NCBI GenBank assembly: GCA_963703985.1
Contig: CAVPGH010000001.1
Coordinates: 3,051,338 to 3,115,337 of the forward strand
DNA: 64,000 bases
Direction: 5' to 3'
From: an uncultured Acidobacteriota bacterium
Lineage (GTDB): Bacteria > Acidobacteriota > Vicinamibacteria > Fen-336
Made by a program: the position numbers and the translations under genes. Under the pieces are notes generated by a model. The model did no database searches. It worked only from the letters and a program-made list of their open reading frames with translations, and was not told the origin of the DNA. Numbering within the stretch: the first letter of the stretch is position 1; every line of letters starts with the position of its first letter. Below are positions 26,760 through 37,400 of this stretch, one piece after another.

Positions 26760-28556
26760 TTACGCGGGGGGCGCTACGTCTTCGTACTTCGCAATCACGG
26801 AGGCGGCGACCCGGCGGGAGAGGTTGTGATAACGCGGGCTCGCCGCCGCGAAGACCTCCCGGGCGAGAGCGCGGGTGCGCGGGTGGCGGCCCAGGGCGGT
26901 GTAGAGCGATCGCAGGTATTTCATCCGGCCGACCCGGGTCAGCACCTCGCGCAGGCGTGGGAAGGCGGGCGCGTAGTCGGACCCGCCGGCGATGGTGAGC
27001 CATTCGACCAGGAGCTCGTGGTTGCCACGGTGGCTGAGCTTCAGCTTCTCGTCCAGCCACGCACAGGAGGCGGCGTCCAGCTCGCGCGGCAGGTGCTGGA
27101 GGTAGACGAGCAACGCCGCGGGCGAGAGGCGCGCCGTCTGCTCCGGCGACGGGCGCGCGCCGTCGGGCCAGCCCTCCGCGAGCGAGGTCAGCGACTCGAT
27201 CACGGGGGAGCGGAAGACGGGTGCGTTCTCCGGGAGGCCTGGCTCGTAGAGCCAGCGGCGGGAGCCGACGGCGGCGGCCACCCCGGGCAGCTTCTCTTCG
27301 AGGAAGTCCGTGAATTCCTCGGTGGTGATCGACGTGAAGCGGAAGCGCGCCATGTAATCGCGCATGAAAAGGTCCCAGCGCTCGCGCCCCGCGGTGCGCT
27401 CCAGGAGGGCGACGAAGCGCGAGCCCTTCTCGTAGGGGATGCTGGAGAAGGCGTCGTCCGGATCGAGCCCGGCGAGGTCCGTGCGCAGTCGGGTGAGCGG
27501 GGAGGCGGGCCCGAAGCGCCCCAGCGATTCTCGGAGAGACACCTCCCCGATCGCCCAGGCGAGCGCCGCCCCCTCGGGTCCGTGGAGCGCCTCCAGGATG
27601 CGCCGCTCCGCCCAGACCGTGAAGCCCTCGTTCAGCCAGAAGTGGTCGATGGTGGCGTTGGAAACGAGGTTCCCCGTCCAGGAGTGAGCGAGCTCGTGGA
27701 CGACCACGTCCACCAGGGACCGGTCGCCGGCGATGAGGGTAGGGGTCAGGAACGTCATGCGCGGGTTCTCCATCCCTCCATAGGGGAAGGAAGGGGGGAG
27801 GACGAGCATGTCGTAACGATCCCATTCGTAGGGGCCGAAGAGCGCTTCGGCCCGGGCGATCATCCCCTCGATCTCCGCGAACTCGTGGGCGGCGGCGAAC
27901 AGCGTCTCCGGCTCCGCCCAGACCCGCGAGCGACGCGAGAGATCACGGCTCTCGAGCCGGCCCACCGCGAGGGCCAGGAGGTAGGGGGGGATCGGCTGCG
28001 GCATCTCGAAGCGGAAGGTGCGCGTTCCCGCCGTCGGCCCGGGGGAGTCGCCGGCCGGTCCCGCCGACATCACGGCGGCCAGCCCCTCGGGCACCGTGAG
28101 CGCAGCCTCGTAGCTCAAGCGGACGCGCGGAGTGTCCGGAAGCGGGGCCACGGTACGTGCGTGGATGGCCTGGCACTGCGAGAAGAGGAAGGGGTGACGG
28201 CCGCCCGCCGTCTGCTCGGGAGCGAGCCACTGCAGGCCGAGCGCTTCGGGGGACGTCTCGTAGCCGATCCGAACCTCGCGTGTTCCCTCCGGGAGCTCGA
28301 GACGGAGGCGGCGCCCCAGCACGGGCTCGTCTTCCGCGAGCTCGAAGGGCACCGCGGCGCCGGTCTCCGTGCGGACTTCGTGAAGCACGAGGCCCTTGGT
28401 GTCGAGGTCGAGCGCGCCCCGGGCGGGGGCATCGAAGACGAGAGCCGCCTCGCCCGAGAGGCGGTGCCGGACGAAGTCGACGACGAGCCTCAGCCGGAGG
28501 TGCCGGGGACGAGACTGGCCCCCGTCGACGTATGAGTGCGGGTCGAGTCGGGCCAC
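26760..28556 (-). CDS. M1-family zinc aminopeptidase (leukotriene A4 hydrolase-like)
   Basis: ORF 26760..28556. It carries the motifs YGGMENP, HELAHSWTGNLV and WLNEGFTVW. Confidence 0.85.
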   Translation of the reverse strand: MARLDPHSYVDGGQSRPRHLRLRLVVDFVRHRLSGEAALVFDAPARGALDLDTKGLVLHEVRTETGAAVPFELAEDEPVLGRRLRLELPEGTREVRIGYETSPEALGLQWLAPEQTAGGRHPFLFSQCQAIHARTVAPLPDTPRVRLSYEAALTVPEGLAAVMSAGPAGDSPGPTAGTRTFRFEMPQPIPPYLLALAVGRLESRDLSRRSRVWAEPETLFAAAHEFAEIEGMIARAEALFGPYEWDRYDMLVLPPSFPYGGMENPRMTFLTPTLIAGDRSLVDVVVHELAHSWTGNLVSNATIDHFWLNEGFTVWAERRILEALHGPEGAALAWAIGEVSLRESLGRFGPASPLTRLRTDLAGLDPDDAFSSIPYEKGSRFVALLERTAGRERWDLFMRDYMARFRFTSITTEEFTDFLEEKLPGVAAAVGSRRWLYEPGLPENAPVFRSPVIESLTSLAEGWPDGARPSPEQTARLSPAALLVYLQHLPRELDAASCAWLDEKLKLSHRGNHELLVEWLTIAGGSDYAPAFPRLREVLTRVGRMKYLRSLYTALGRHPRTRALAREVFAAASPRYHNLSRRVAASVIAKYEDVAPPA

Positions 28557-28565
28557 GGGTGCCGG

Positions 28566-29538
28566 TCAGGCCGGCGTGCCGCGCCTGACCTCGGCGTCGA
28601 TGGCCGGCCTGACCTCCGCCTTCAAGGGTGCTTCCGCGACGAAGCCCACGGTCACCGTCGACTCCGCCACCTCGACGCGCCAGGCCGTCAGGTGGAGCGC
28701 GCCGATGGGGACCGATACGGATCGGTTGGGAGCGGTGCGCAAGGCCTTGTCCATCGCGGGGACGAGCTTGGCCCCGATCGTTTCGGGTCCGGGAGGCGGC
28801 CACTGGCCGCAGGAGGCCAGGACCTGGCCCTGCCCGTCGATCAGCAGCGCGGCCGAGGCTCGGGCGAGGTAGAGACAGTCCAGAAGGAGATCGGCCCAGG
28901 AGGGCGCGGGGGCCGCCTCCGGCTCGACCTCCGGCACCGCATCGGCGGCGGCCCGGGCCGCGGCTTCGAAGTCTACCTCCATGTCCGGGGACAGCGCGGG
29001 CTCGCCTTCCGTTTCGACCGCGATCTCCGTCTCCTCGGGCTCCGGCACGGGTGGTGGAGGGGGCGGAGGCGGAGGAGGCGGAGGCGGCGGCGCCGGGCGG
29101 GCGGGTGCGGCCTTCGGAGCCGGAGGCGCCGGACGAGGCGCCGGACGAGGCGGCGGCGGTGGAGGCGGTGGCGGGGGCCGGCTCCTCGTCGGGGAGAATG
29201 CCCACCTCCTCTTCCGCTGGTGGCGCGGGTGGCGGCACCGGTGCCGGCCTCGGCGGCGGCGCGGGCTTCGGCACGGCCGGCGGGTGAAGATCGGGGACGG
29301 GCGCGCGGGCCATGCGCACGGTCTCCGGGTTCGCAGTGGGAGCGGCGGCAGCGCGTGGCTCTGCCCGCGGCGCCTCTGCGGGCCGCGAGGCCGGGGCGGG
29401 GCGCACCGCCGGAAACGGAGCGTAGGGCGGAAGGGGCGCTTCGTCGATCTCCCCGGGCGTCGCCAGGCGGCTCAGCCTCCGGGCGATGTTGCGCGCGAGC
29501 TCGAGGTCAGAGGAGCTGGCGGGCGGGCTTAGTTTCAT
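28566..29538 (-). pseudogene. Proline-rich protein with C-terminal Roadblock/LC7 (MglB-like) domain; one +1 frameshift in the Pro-rich linker as assembled
   Basis: The N-terminal part comes from ORF 27943..29556: MKLSPPASSSDLELARNIARRLSRL...PPAVPKPAPPPRPAPVPPPAPPAEEEVGILPDEEP. The C-terminal part comes from ORF 28566..29048. Upstream of that ORF its frame continues open as PPPPPPPPPRPAPRPAPPAPKAAPARPAPPPPP (my translation). The C-terminal domain, LLLDCLYLARASAALLIDGQGQVLASCG...IGALHLTAWRVEVAESTVTVGFV, resembles Roadblock/LC7. The junction lies somewhere in 29050-29185. Confidence 0.5.
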
Positions 29539-30322
29539 CGGGCCTCTCCATGCCACGGATGCGGTCCATTCGTGCGTCGAGCTCGTCGGCGAGGAGGGCG
29601 AAGCGCCGCGCCTCCGGCGTGGTCGAGCCGGCCAGGAAGCTGACGGGGATGCCCTGCTCGCTGGCGCGGGCGAAGGCTTCGGCGCGGGGGACGATCGTCT
29701 CCAGGGCGTCGGGGAAGCCCTGCCAGATCTCGCCGAGGACGCCGAGCGCCGCGGGCCGGTCGCGTTCCACCAGGGTGGGCAGTATCCCCAGCAGTCGCAG
29801 CTTCGGGTTCTGCGAGCTCTGGATGTGCTCGATGACCCGAAGGCACTGGCTCACCGAACGCAGGGAGAGGCTCTCCGTCTGGAAAGCGAGGAGGACGAAA
29901 TCGGACACGGCGAGGGCGGCGGAGGTCACCCGTCCCAGTCCCGAGGGGGTGTCGAGGACGACCACGTCCGCACCGGCCTCCACGCGGCTCAGGGCTGCCT
30001 CCAGGCTGGCCGGGTTGCCGACCTCCAGCTCGAAGGTGCTGACGTCCGTGGGGTCCAGTCGGCCCCGGGGAAGCAGGCGCAGGCCGGAGAGCTGGGTATT
30101 CACGACCGCCTGGGCCGGCTCCACCTGGTTCATGAGCAGCTCGGCGAGGCCGGCCAGCTCCGAATCGCCTTTGGCGAGGGAGAGGCCCACGCCCCCCTGC
30201 GGATCCAGATCCACGAGCAGCGTGCGCCGGCCCTTCTCCGCGAGCGAGACCGCGAGGTTGAGGGCAACCGTCGTCTTGCCCACACCTCCCTTCTGGCTCG
30301 CGATCGCCAATCGACGTGCCAT
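29507..30322 (-). CDS. ParA/Soj-family ATPase (orphan)
   Basis: ORF 29507..30322. It has the deviant Walker A KGGVGKTT, plus LLVDLDPQG and VVLDTPSGLG. Confidence 0.85.
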   Translation of the reverse strand: MARRLAIASQKGGVGKTTVALNLAVSLAEKGRRTLLVDLDPQGGVGLSLAKGDSELAGLAELLMNQVEPAQAVVNTQLSGLRLLPRGRLDPTDVSTFELEVGNPASLEAALSRVEAGADVVVLDTPSGLGRVTSAALAVSDFVLLAFQTESLSLRSVSQCLRVIEHIQSSQNPKLRLLGILPTLVERDRPAALGVLGEIWQGFPDALETIVPRAEAFARASEQGIPVSFLAGSTTPEARRFALLADELDARMDRIRGMERPDETKPARQLL

Positions 30323-30352
30323 CCGTTGTCCTCCCTGGGAGTTGCCTGAAGT

Positions 30353-31147
30353 TTAGCGCCCCCGGGCTCCGTCCGAAAGCCCGCCACCCCCGGCCCTCAT
30401 CTCTCGGAGCCGGGTCACGATCGCCTGGCGCAGCCGCTCCACGAAAGCGGGGATCTCCTTCGGGTCCGGAGGCGGCTCGAACGGTCCGAGGACCTCGCTC
30501 CGCGCGTCCACGAGCGGCAAGTTGAAGAGGGTGTCCGCGAGGCGCCGGACCTTCCAGCTGCCCTCGTTCACCACCAGGTAGACGGGAGTCGGTCGGTCGG
30601 CCAGGAGCACCTGGAGGCCGGCGGAGCGAAAGGGGCGCACCTCCCCGTCGCGCGTGCGGTGGCCTTCCGGGAAGATCAGGATCCCGTGGGGGAGCTCGCG
30701 CACGGTTTTTCGCATGATCTCGAGCGCGCGCAGGGGATTCTTCCGGGGATCGATGAGCGGGCTGCCCAGCATCCGCACGGAGGTCGATACGAGGGGCACG
30801 AACCGCCCGTAGCGTCGACGGGTGACGAAGGCGGGGACGAAGGGGTCGCCCAGGAGCGCCACCTGCAGGATGTCCAGCAGCGATTGGTGGTTCGCGACGA
30901 TGAGGATCGGGCTCTCGGTGGGGAGGCGTCCGCTGCGCCGGATGCGCGCGCCCCCCCGCTCGAGCAGCCGGAAGATGTTGCGAGCCATCCACTTCATGTA
31001 GCGGCTGATCAGCGTGAACCGCCGCTTCGGGGAGAAGAACGCGACGGGTACGACGTACAGGCGCAGGACGAGCGATCCGAGCATGAAGAGGAGACCGACG
31101 GCGAGGATCGCGGCGAAGCTGCGCAGGCTCCGGAGGGCCCGGGTCAC
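30353..31147 (-). CDS. Lysophospholipid acyltransferase (PlsC family)
   Basis: This is the C-terminal part of ORF 30353..32242, starting from the GTG at 31147, which overlaps the MFS stop (GTGA). It has an N-terminal TM segment, the HX4D motif (VANHQSLLD) and IFPEGHRTRDG. Confidence 0.7.
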   Translation of the reverse strand: MTRALRSLRSFAAILAVGLLFMLGSLVLRLYVVPVAFFSPKRRFTLISRYMKWMARNIFRLLERGGARIRRSGRLPTESPILIVANHQSLLDILQVALLGDPFVPAFVTRRRYGRFVPLVSTSVRMLGSPLIDPRKNPLRALEIMRKTVRELPHGILIFPEGHRTRDGEVRPFRSAGLQVLLADRPTPVYLVVNEGSWKVRRLADTLFNLPLVDARSEVLGPFEPPPDPKEIPAFVERLRQAIVTRLREMRAGGGGLSDGARGR

Positions 31148-32412
31148 GCGGGCTTGCCCGCCCCGACCGGTTCGCGCCCCCGGCCGGCGAGCGGGCTCGT
31201 TCGCGGAGCCACCGCCCAGGCCACGGCAGTGGCCAGCACCAGGAGACATGCGGCGAGGTACCAGGGCGCGCCGGGGAAGGGCGTCCGCCTCTCCGGCGAG
31301 ATGAACGCGGCAAAGATCAGGGCGAAGATCCCGGGCCCGATCAGCATGGCGGTGCTCCGGACGGATCCCAGCGCCCCCTGGAGCTCTCCCTGCTCGGACG
31401 GGGAGACGCGCTGCGTCATCATCGATTGAGAGGAGGGGCCGGCGAGCGCCCACAGGCAGTTGATGGGAATGGCCACGAGGAAGAGCCAGCCCGTCGTCGC
31501 CGCCCCGAAGAGGGCGAAGCCGAGAGCGCCGAGCAGGAGCCCGGCGAAGAGGGCGCGCCGCTCCCCCAGCCGCTTCACCGCCGGCCCCACGATCCCCGCG
31601 GAGACCACCATCGAGCAGATTCCCACGAAGGCGAAGGAGTACCCGACCATGCGCGGGCTCCACTGGTAGCGGTAGTTCACGTAGAGCACGTAGACGGTCA
31701 CGTAGATCTCGTGGGCCACGTAGCCGAGGAAGTTCACGGTGGCGAGACCGATGAGCGCGGGGTGCGAGCGGAGGAGCGCGAGCGCCCCCACCGGGTTGGC
31801 CCTCCTCCATTCCAGCCGCTTCTGGCGGCGCTCCTCGGGGAGCGACTCGGGCAGCACGAACAGGCCGTAGAGCCCGTTGAGCAGGCTGAAGCCGGCCGCG
31901 AACCAGAAGGGGAGGCGCGGGTTCTCGGCGCTCAGCAAACCGCCGAGGGCGGGGCCGAGCACGAAGCCGATGCCGAAGGCGGCGCCCAGCATGCCGAAGG
32001 CCCGGGCCCGCCGATCGGAAGGCGTGACGTCGCTGATGTACGCGTAGGCGGTGGTCACGCTCGCGGAGGTGATGCCGGAGAGCACGCGCCCGAGGAAGAG
32101 CCAGCCCACCGTGGGGGCCATGGCCATCACCACGTAGTCGAGGCCGAGGCCGAAGTTGGAGAGCAGGATCACCCGCCGGCGCCCGTAGCGGTCGGAGAGC
32201 AGGCCGAGCAGCGGAGAGAAGAGGAACTGCATGAGCGCCCACATCGTGGTGAACAGGCCGATGACCTCCGCGGCCCGCGCGGTCTGGCCGTGCATGAAGT
32301 CCTTCACCAGGGTGGGGAGGACGGGCACCACGATGCCCAGGGCCAGCATGTCCAGGAGCACCGTGACGAAGATGAAGCCCAGCGCGGCCCGACGGCCCTT
32401 TTCACCAGGCAT
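31144..32412 (-). CDS. MFS transporter, Tet/TCR-like
   Basis: ORF 31144..32412. The segments FIFVTVLLDMLALGIVVPVLP...SPLLGLLSDRYGRRRVILLS...GRVLSGITSAS are drug:H+ antiporter-type MFS motifs. Confidence 0.8.
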   Translation of the reverse strand: MPGEKGRRAALGFIFVTVLLDMLALGIVVPVLPTLVKDFMHGQTARAAEVIGLFTTMWALMQFLFSPLLGLLSDRYGRRRVILLSNFGLGLDYVVMAMAPTVGWLFLGRVLSGITSASVTTAYAYISDVTPSDRRARAFGMLGAAFGIGFVLGPALGGLLSAENPRLPFWFAAGFSLLNGLYGLFVLPESLPEERRQKRLEWRRANPVGALALLRSHPALIGLATVNFLGYVAHEIYVTVYVLYVNYRYQWSPRMVGYSFAFVGICSMVVSAGIVGPAVKRLGERRALFAGLLLGALGFALFGAATTGWLFLVAIPINCLWALAGPSSQSMMTQRVSPSEQGELQGALGSVRSTAMLIGPGIFALIFAAFISPERRTPFPGAPWYLAACLLVLATAVAWAVAPRTSPLAGRGREPVGAGKPA

Positions 32413-32572
32413 GGGAGCCCTTCTCCGGTCGCTTCAGCATCCCCCGCCGTTCCTGGAGCGGGCGGTAGTCGTGCCGTCCCAAAACGCGTCGACGATACCA
32501 TTTCGGCGAGGACCGTGGGTCACTGCTCCCGTGCTATGTTCCCGCGCGTTCGCGACCGGGCAGGAGGGCGAC

Positions 32573-33964
32573 ATGGGCCAGAGCGAGAGGAGCCGGCGGG
32601 AGTTCCTGAAGCTCGTTTCGGCGACGGCGGTGATGACGGGCGGCGCGCGCACGCTCGCCGCGCAGGAGAAGCCGCCGGCGGGGTGCGGAACGCCTTCCGC
32701 CGCCCGGCCCGTCCGCGTGGTCACCATCGGCATGGGGGGCCAGGGCACGACGGACACCAAGGCGGCGCTGAAGACACCTGGGGTCGAGCTGGTGGGGGTC
32801 GCGGACGTGTACGACGGCCGCCTCGCCCGGGCGCGCGAGGTGTTCTGCGGCTCCGTCGCCACCACCCGCGACTACAAGGAGCTGCTCGCCCGAGCGGACG
32901 TGGACGCGGTGATCGTGGCGACGCCCGACCATTGGCACGCGGAGATCGCGATCGAGGCGATGAACGCGGGCAAGGACGTATACGTCGAGAAGCCCATGAT
33001 CCACTCGGTGGACCAGGGCCGCCCGCTCGTCGAGGCCCAGAAGAAGACCGGCCGCATCCTGCAGGTGGGCAGCCAGCGGGTCAGCTCCATCGTCTATCTG
33101 AAGGCGCAGGAGCTCCTCGCCTCGGGCGCGATCGGGGAGCTGAACCTCGTCGAGGCCTGGTGGAACCGCAACTCGGCGATCGGCGCGTGGCAGTACAGCA
33201 TCCCGCCCGACGCCTCCCCGCAGACCGTGGACTGGGACCGGTTCCTGGGGCCCGCGCCGAGACGGCCGTTCGAGCCGATCCGCCTCTTCCGCTGGCGCAA
33301 CTACGACGACTACGGGACCGGGGTCGCCGGCGACCTCTTCGTCCACCTGTTCTCGGGGCTGCACCTGGTCACGGGGGCGCTGGGCCCGACGCGGATCATG
33401 GCGACGGGCGGGCTCCGGTACTGGAGGGACGGCCGCGACGCCGAAGACGTGCTGCTCGGCCTCTTCGACTACCCGAAGACCGCCCAGCATCCCGAGTTCA
33501 CGCTCCTGCTCAAGGTGAACTTCGCCGACGGAGGGGGCGACAGCTCGGGCTTCCGCTTCGTGGGGCCTCGGGGCGTCCTGAGCATCGGCGGGGACGCCGT
33601 CACCCTTTCGCGCACGGCCCCCGAGAAGGAGCCCGGCTACACGATCGACACGTTCACCCGGGCGGTCCAGGACGCCTTTCTCGAGGAGTACCGCGCGAAG
33701 TATCCCGAAGCCGGCCGCGAGATGCGTCCGTTCGCGGAGGAGAGGTTCCGGGCGCCCCAGGGCTACAACGACGTCGAGCACCACTTCGCGAACTTCGTTT
33801 CTTCCGTCCGGACCCGCCAGCCGCCGGTGGAAGACGCGGCCTTCGGCTTTCGCGCGGCCGGACCGGCGCTGCTGTGCAACGTGAGCCTGAGGGAGGGCCG
33901 GCCCGTCCGGTGGGACCCCCAGGCCATGCAGGTGGTGGCCGAGGCGAAGCTGCATACGACCTAG
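32573..33964 (+). CDS. Gfo/Idh/MocA-family oxidoreductase with Tat signal
   Basis: This is ORF 32231..33964 taken from the ATG at 32573, which has an AGGAGGG upstream. It has a twin-arginine leader (SRREFLKLVSATAV), the Rossmann segment VVTIGMGGQG, and DAVIVATPDHWHAEIAIEAMNAGKDVYVEKP. Confidence 0.8.
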   Translation: MGQSERSRREFLKLVSATAVMTGGARTLAAQEKPPAGCGTPSAARPVRVVTIGMGGQGTTDTKAALKTPGVELVGVADVYDGRLARAREVFCGSVATTRDYKELLARADVDAVIVATPDHWHAEIAIEAMNAGKDVYVEKPMIHSVDQGRPLVEAQKKTGRILQVGSQRVSSIVYLKAQELLASGAIGELNLVEAWWNRNSAIGAWQYSIPPDASPQTVDWDRFLGPAPRRPFEPIRLFRWRNYDDYGTGVAGDLFVHLFSGLHLVTGALGPTRIMATGGLRYWRDGRDAEDVLLGLFDYPKTAQHPEFTLLLKVNFADGGGDSSGFRFVGPRGVLSIGGDAVTLSRTAPEKEPGYTIDTFTRAVQDAFLEEYRAKYPEAGREMRPFAEERFRAPQGYNDVEHHFANFVSSVRTRQPPVEDAAFGFRAAGPALLCNVSLREGRPVRWDPQAMQVVAEAKLHTT

Positions 33965-34053
33965 GTGGGATATCGCGGCGCGGCCCGCCGCCCTACGATC
34001 ACTGCGCGCGGGGCCACGGTGGAGTGCCAAGGTGTCCCCGGCCGCAAACACGC

Positions 34054-34440
34054 ATGACGGGCGGCGAGCGGATGGTCCTCGTTGTCGACGACGACGCCTC
34101 GGTGCGGACGGCGCTGCTGAGGCTTCTCCGGTCCGCGGGGTACGAGGCCGAAGGCTTCGACACCGCGATCGCCTACCTGCAGCGCGCGGCCCCCACGCCT
34201 CCCGCGTGCCTGGTTCTCGACGTGCGCATGCCGGGCATGACCGGCCTCGAGCTCCAGCAGAAGATCTGCGGCACGCCCCACGCGGTTCCCATCGTCTTCA
34301 TCACGGGGCACGGCGATCGGGAGGCGCGCCGCCAGGCCCTCGAGCACGGAGCGGTGGCCGTGCTCCAGAAGCCGCTCGAAGAAGTGGTGCTGCTGGAGGC
34401 CATCGAGCGGGCGCTCGGGCGAGGGCCGCTCCAAGGCTAG
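34054..34440 (+). CDS. Single-domain response regulator (CheY-like receiver)
   Basis: These are the last 128 codons of ORF 31426..34440: MVLVVDDDASVRTALLRLLRSAGYEAEGF...CLVLDVRMPGMTGLEL...PIVFITGHGD. The ATG at 34072 is an alternative start. Confidence 0.8.
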   Translation: MTGGERMVLVVDDDASVRTALLRLLRSAGYEAEGFDTAIAYLQRAAPTPPACLVLDVRMPGMTGLELQQKICGTPHAVPIVFITGHGDREARRQALEHGAVAVLQKPLEEVVLLEAIERALGRGPLQG

Positions 34441-34468
34441 GGGGCGCGGAGGGCGCTAGAATCCGGGG

Positions 34469-37400
34469 ATGAGCGGGCCCCTCCCCGGCGGCGCACGAGT
34501 GCGTCTCGGACGCTTCCTGGGGACGGGCGCCACGCTTGGGCTCCTGCTCGCCGCGGGGACGGTGCGCGCGGCCTCACCCGAGCCGCCCCTCGGGCGCTTT
34601 CGGCACCTCACCACCGCCGATGGCCTCAGCGAGCCGCGCGTGCGAGCGGTCCTGCAAGATCGCGTGGGGTTCCTTTGGGTGGGCACCGCCGACGGCCTGG
34701 GTCGCTACGACGGCGCCCGCTTCCGCACCTTCCGTCATGATCCCTCCGACCCCGGCAGCCTGGGACCGGGAATGGTCATTGCCCTCCTCGAGGATCGGCG
34801 CGGCCGACTCTGGGCCGGGCACTTCGGAGGCGGGCTGAGCTGCTTCGACCCCTCCACGGAGCGCTTCCGCCGCTTCCAGCACGACCCGGCCGATCCCCAC
34901 AGCCTGAGCCAGAACGACGCGGCGGACCTGCTCGAGGACGGCGCAGGGGCGCTGTGGGTCGCGACCAACGGGGGGCTCAACCGGCTGGATCCGGACACGG
35001 GGGTCTTCACCCGTTTCCTCCACGACGCGGCCGACCCCGAGAGCCTCAGCGGGAACGACGTCCGGTCTCTCGCGCAGGACCCCTCGGGGGCACTGTGGGT
35101 GGGAACGGGGGACGGTGGCCTCGACCGGCTGACCATGGATTCACCGGGGGGACGGGCGCACTTTCAGCGCTGGCGCCACGACCCGCGGGATGCCCGTTCG
35201 CTGCCGAGCGACAACGTGGAGAGCGTGCTCGTGGATCACGAGAGCCGGCTGTGGGTCGGAACCTGGGACGCGGGCCTCGTCCGATACGACCCGGACCGGA
35301 ACGCCTTCCTTCGCCCCACGCGCCGCGGTGCCGGAACGAAGAAGAAGATAGAATGGATCCAGGACCTGCTCGAAGACCACCACGGGATGATCTGGGTGGC
35401 CACCTGGGGAGCGGGTGTCGTGCGGATCGATCCCACCACGGGCCGGGAGACGCGCTACCCCGCCGAGCCCGATGAGCCCGCGAGCCTGAGCCACGGAAAC
35501 GTGGCCGCCCTCTTCGAGGACAAGAGCGGCCTGCTCTGGATAGGAACCGGGGGCGGGGGCTTGAACGCCCTCGACCTGACGGGCCAACCCTTTCGGCGCA
35601 TCGGGCTCAAGGGCGCCGGCGTCCGCGATGCGCGCAGCGTCGTCGAGGATCGCGCCGGCCGGCTATGGGTGGGCACGGCCGGGGGCGGGCTCTTGCAGCT
35701 CGACCGCTCGGGAAGCGTCGTCCGGCGCTACCGGCACGCCGACGGGGATCCGGGCAGCCTGGCCGACGACAACGTCTTTTCGCTGCTCGAGGACCGGGAA
35801 GGGAGCTTCTGGGTGGGCACCCTGAAGGGGCTCGACCGCTTCGACCGGGCGAGCGGCCGCTTCGTCCACCACCGCCACGACCCGGCACGCGCGGACAGCC
35901 TGTCGAACGACATCGTGGTCTCGCTTTTCGAGGACCGCTCGGGACGACTCTGGGCGGGCACCGAGAACGGGCTCGACCTTCTCGATCGCGCCCGGGGGCA
36001 CTTCGTCCACCACCGGCGGGCACCGGGCTCGGCCGGCGAGCGGGAGGCCGATTCGGTGCTGGGCATGGCCGAGGGCTCGGCCGGCGATCTGTGGGTCGCC
36101 CTCCGCGGCGGACTGGCGCACCTCGATCACCCCGAAGGCATTCTGGTTCCGGTTCCGCTCCTCACGGACGGCGTGGACGACAAGAGCAGCATCTGGTGCA
36201 TCCGGCGCGCAGAGACCGGGGCGCTCTGGGTGGGCAAGGGGTCCGCACTGTATGAGCTGCGGCCGTCCGCCCGGAGTGGTGGTGTGCCCGAGAGCCGTCG
36301 TCACCTCCCCGATCCCGAGGGGGGGCTGGTCACGTCGATCGAGAGCGACGCTTCCGGCAAGATCTGGGTGGGCACGACCCGTGGTCTCGTCCGCTACGAC
36401 CCGGTGCGCGAGCACGCGCGGCGATACGATGCCGAAGACGAGGCTCTGCGCGAGGGCTTCAATCTCGGCGCGGTCTTTCGCAGCGCCCGGGGCGAGCTCT
36501 GCTTCGGGACCACCGGAGGCCTGACCGTCGTGCGCCCCGAGGCGATCCACGACGATTCGCCGCCCCCGCCCGTCGTCCTCACCGACCTGCGCGTGGCCCA
36601 CAAGCCGGTGCCCGTGGGGAGTCCGCTGCTCCCCCTGGCCCTGTCCCTGACCAAGGAGCTGCGGCTCCCTCAGCACGAGCGCGTGTTCACGTTCGAGTTC
36701 GCGGCGCTGGGCTTCCGGAGCCCGCGAGCGAACCGCTATCGGTACCAGCTCGAAGGCTTCGACCCGGGCTGGAACGACCTGCCCCCGGACCGCAACGAGG
36801 TGACCTATACCAACCTGTCCCCGGGGCGCTACGTCCTGCGCGTCGCGGCCGCGAACGGCGAGGGCGCCTGGACCGATCAGGGGGCGTCACTCGCCCTCGA
36901 GGTGCTCCCCCCCTTCTGGGCCACCTGGTGGTTCCGACTCCTCACGGTGCTCGCCGTCACCGCGGGGCTGATGGGGGCGCACCGCGCGCGCCTGTGGGCG
37001 GTCGAAGCCGCCAACCGGCGGCTGGAGCGGGAAGTGCAAGAACGCCGGCAGGCACAGGACTCGTTGGAGCGCAGCGAGCGCCAGCTCCGCCTCCTCGCCG
37101 ACGCGTTGCCCGTGCTCATCGCCTACGTGGACCAGCACCATCGCCTCGTCTTCTCCAACCTGGCCTCCGAGCGATGGTTCGGTCGGCCCCGGGCCGAGAT
37201 CGAGGGAAGGCTCGTGGAGGAGGTCCTGCCCGCCGAGCTCCTGAGCGTCGTGGGGGCGCCCCTGGCGCACGCCCTCGCCGGCCAGGGCGCAAGCGTGGAG
37301 GCGGAGGTCGGGGCCCTCGGGAGCAAGCGACGCATTGCCGCGACACTCGTGCCCCATTCCGACGGGAGCGGCTCGTTCCCCGGTGTCTACGCCCTCGTCC

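Noticed and set aside
29040-29200. GGCGGAGG/GGCGGCGG-rich low-complexity DNA that looks like a tandem repeat.
   Set aside because: There is no regular unit and there are no spacers, so it is not a CRISPR array or a satellite. It is the reverse complement of the poly-proline (CCG/CCT/CCC) linker of the Roadblock-like protein gene.
31426-34053. The first ~875 codons of the 1004-aa ORF 31426..34440.
   Set aside because: It runs antisense through the MFS gene and out of frame through the Gfo/Idh/MocA gene. Only the last 128 codons, the receiver domain, are real.
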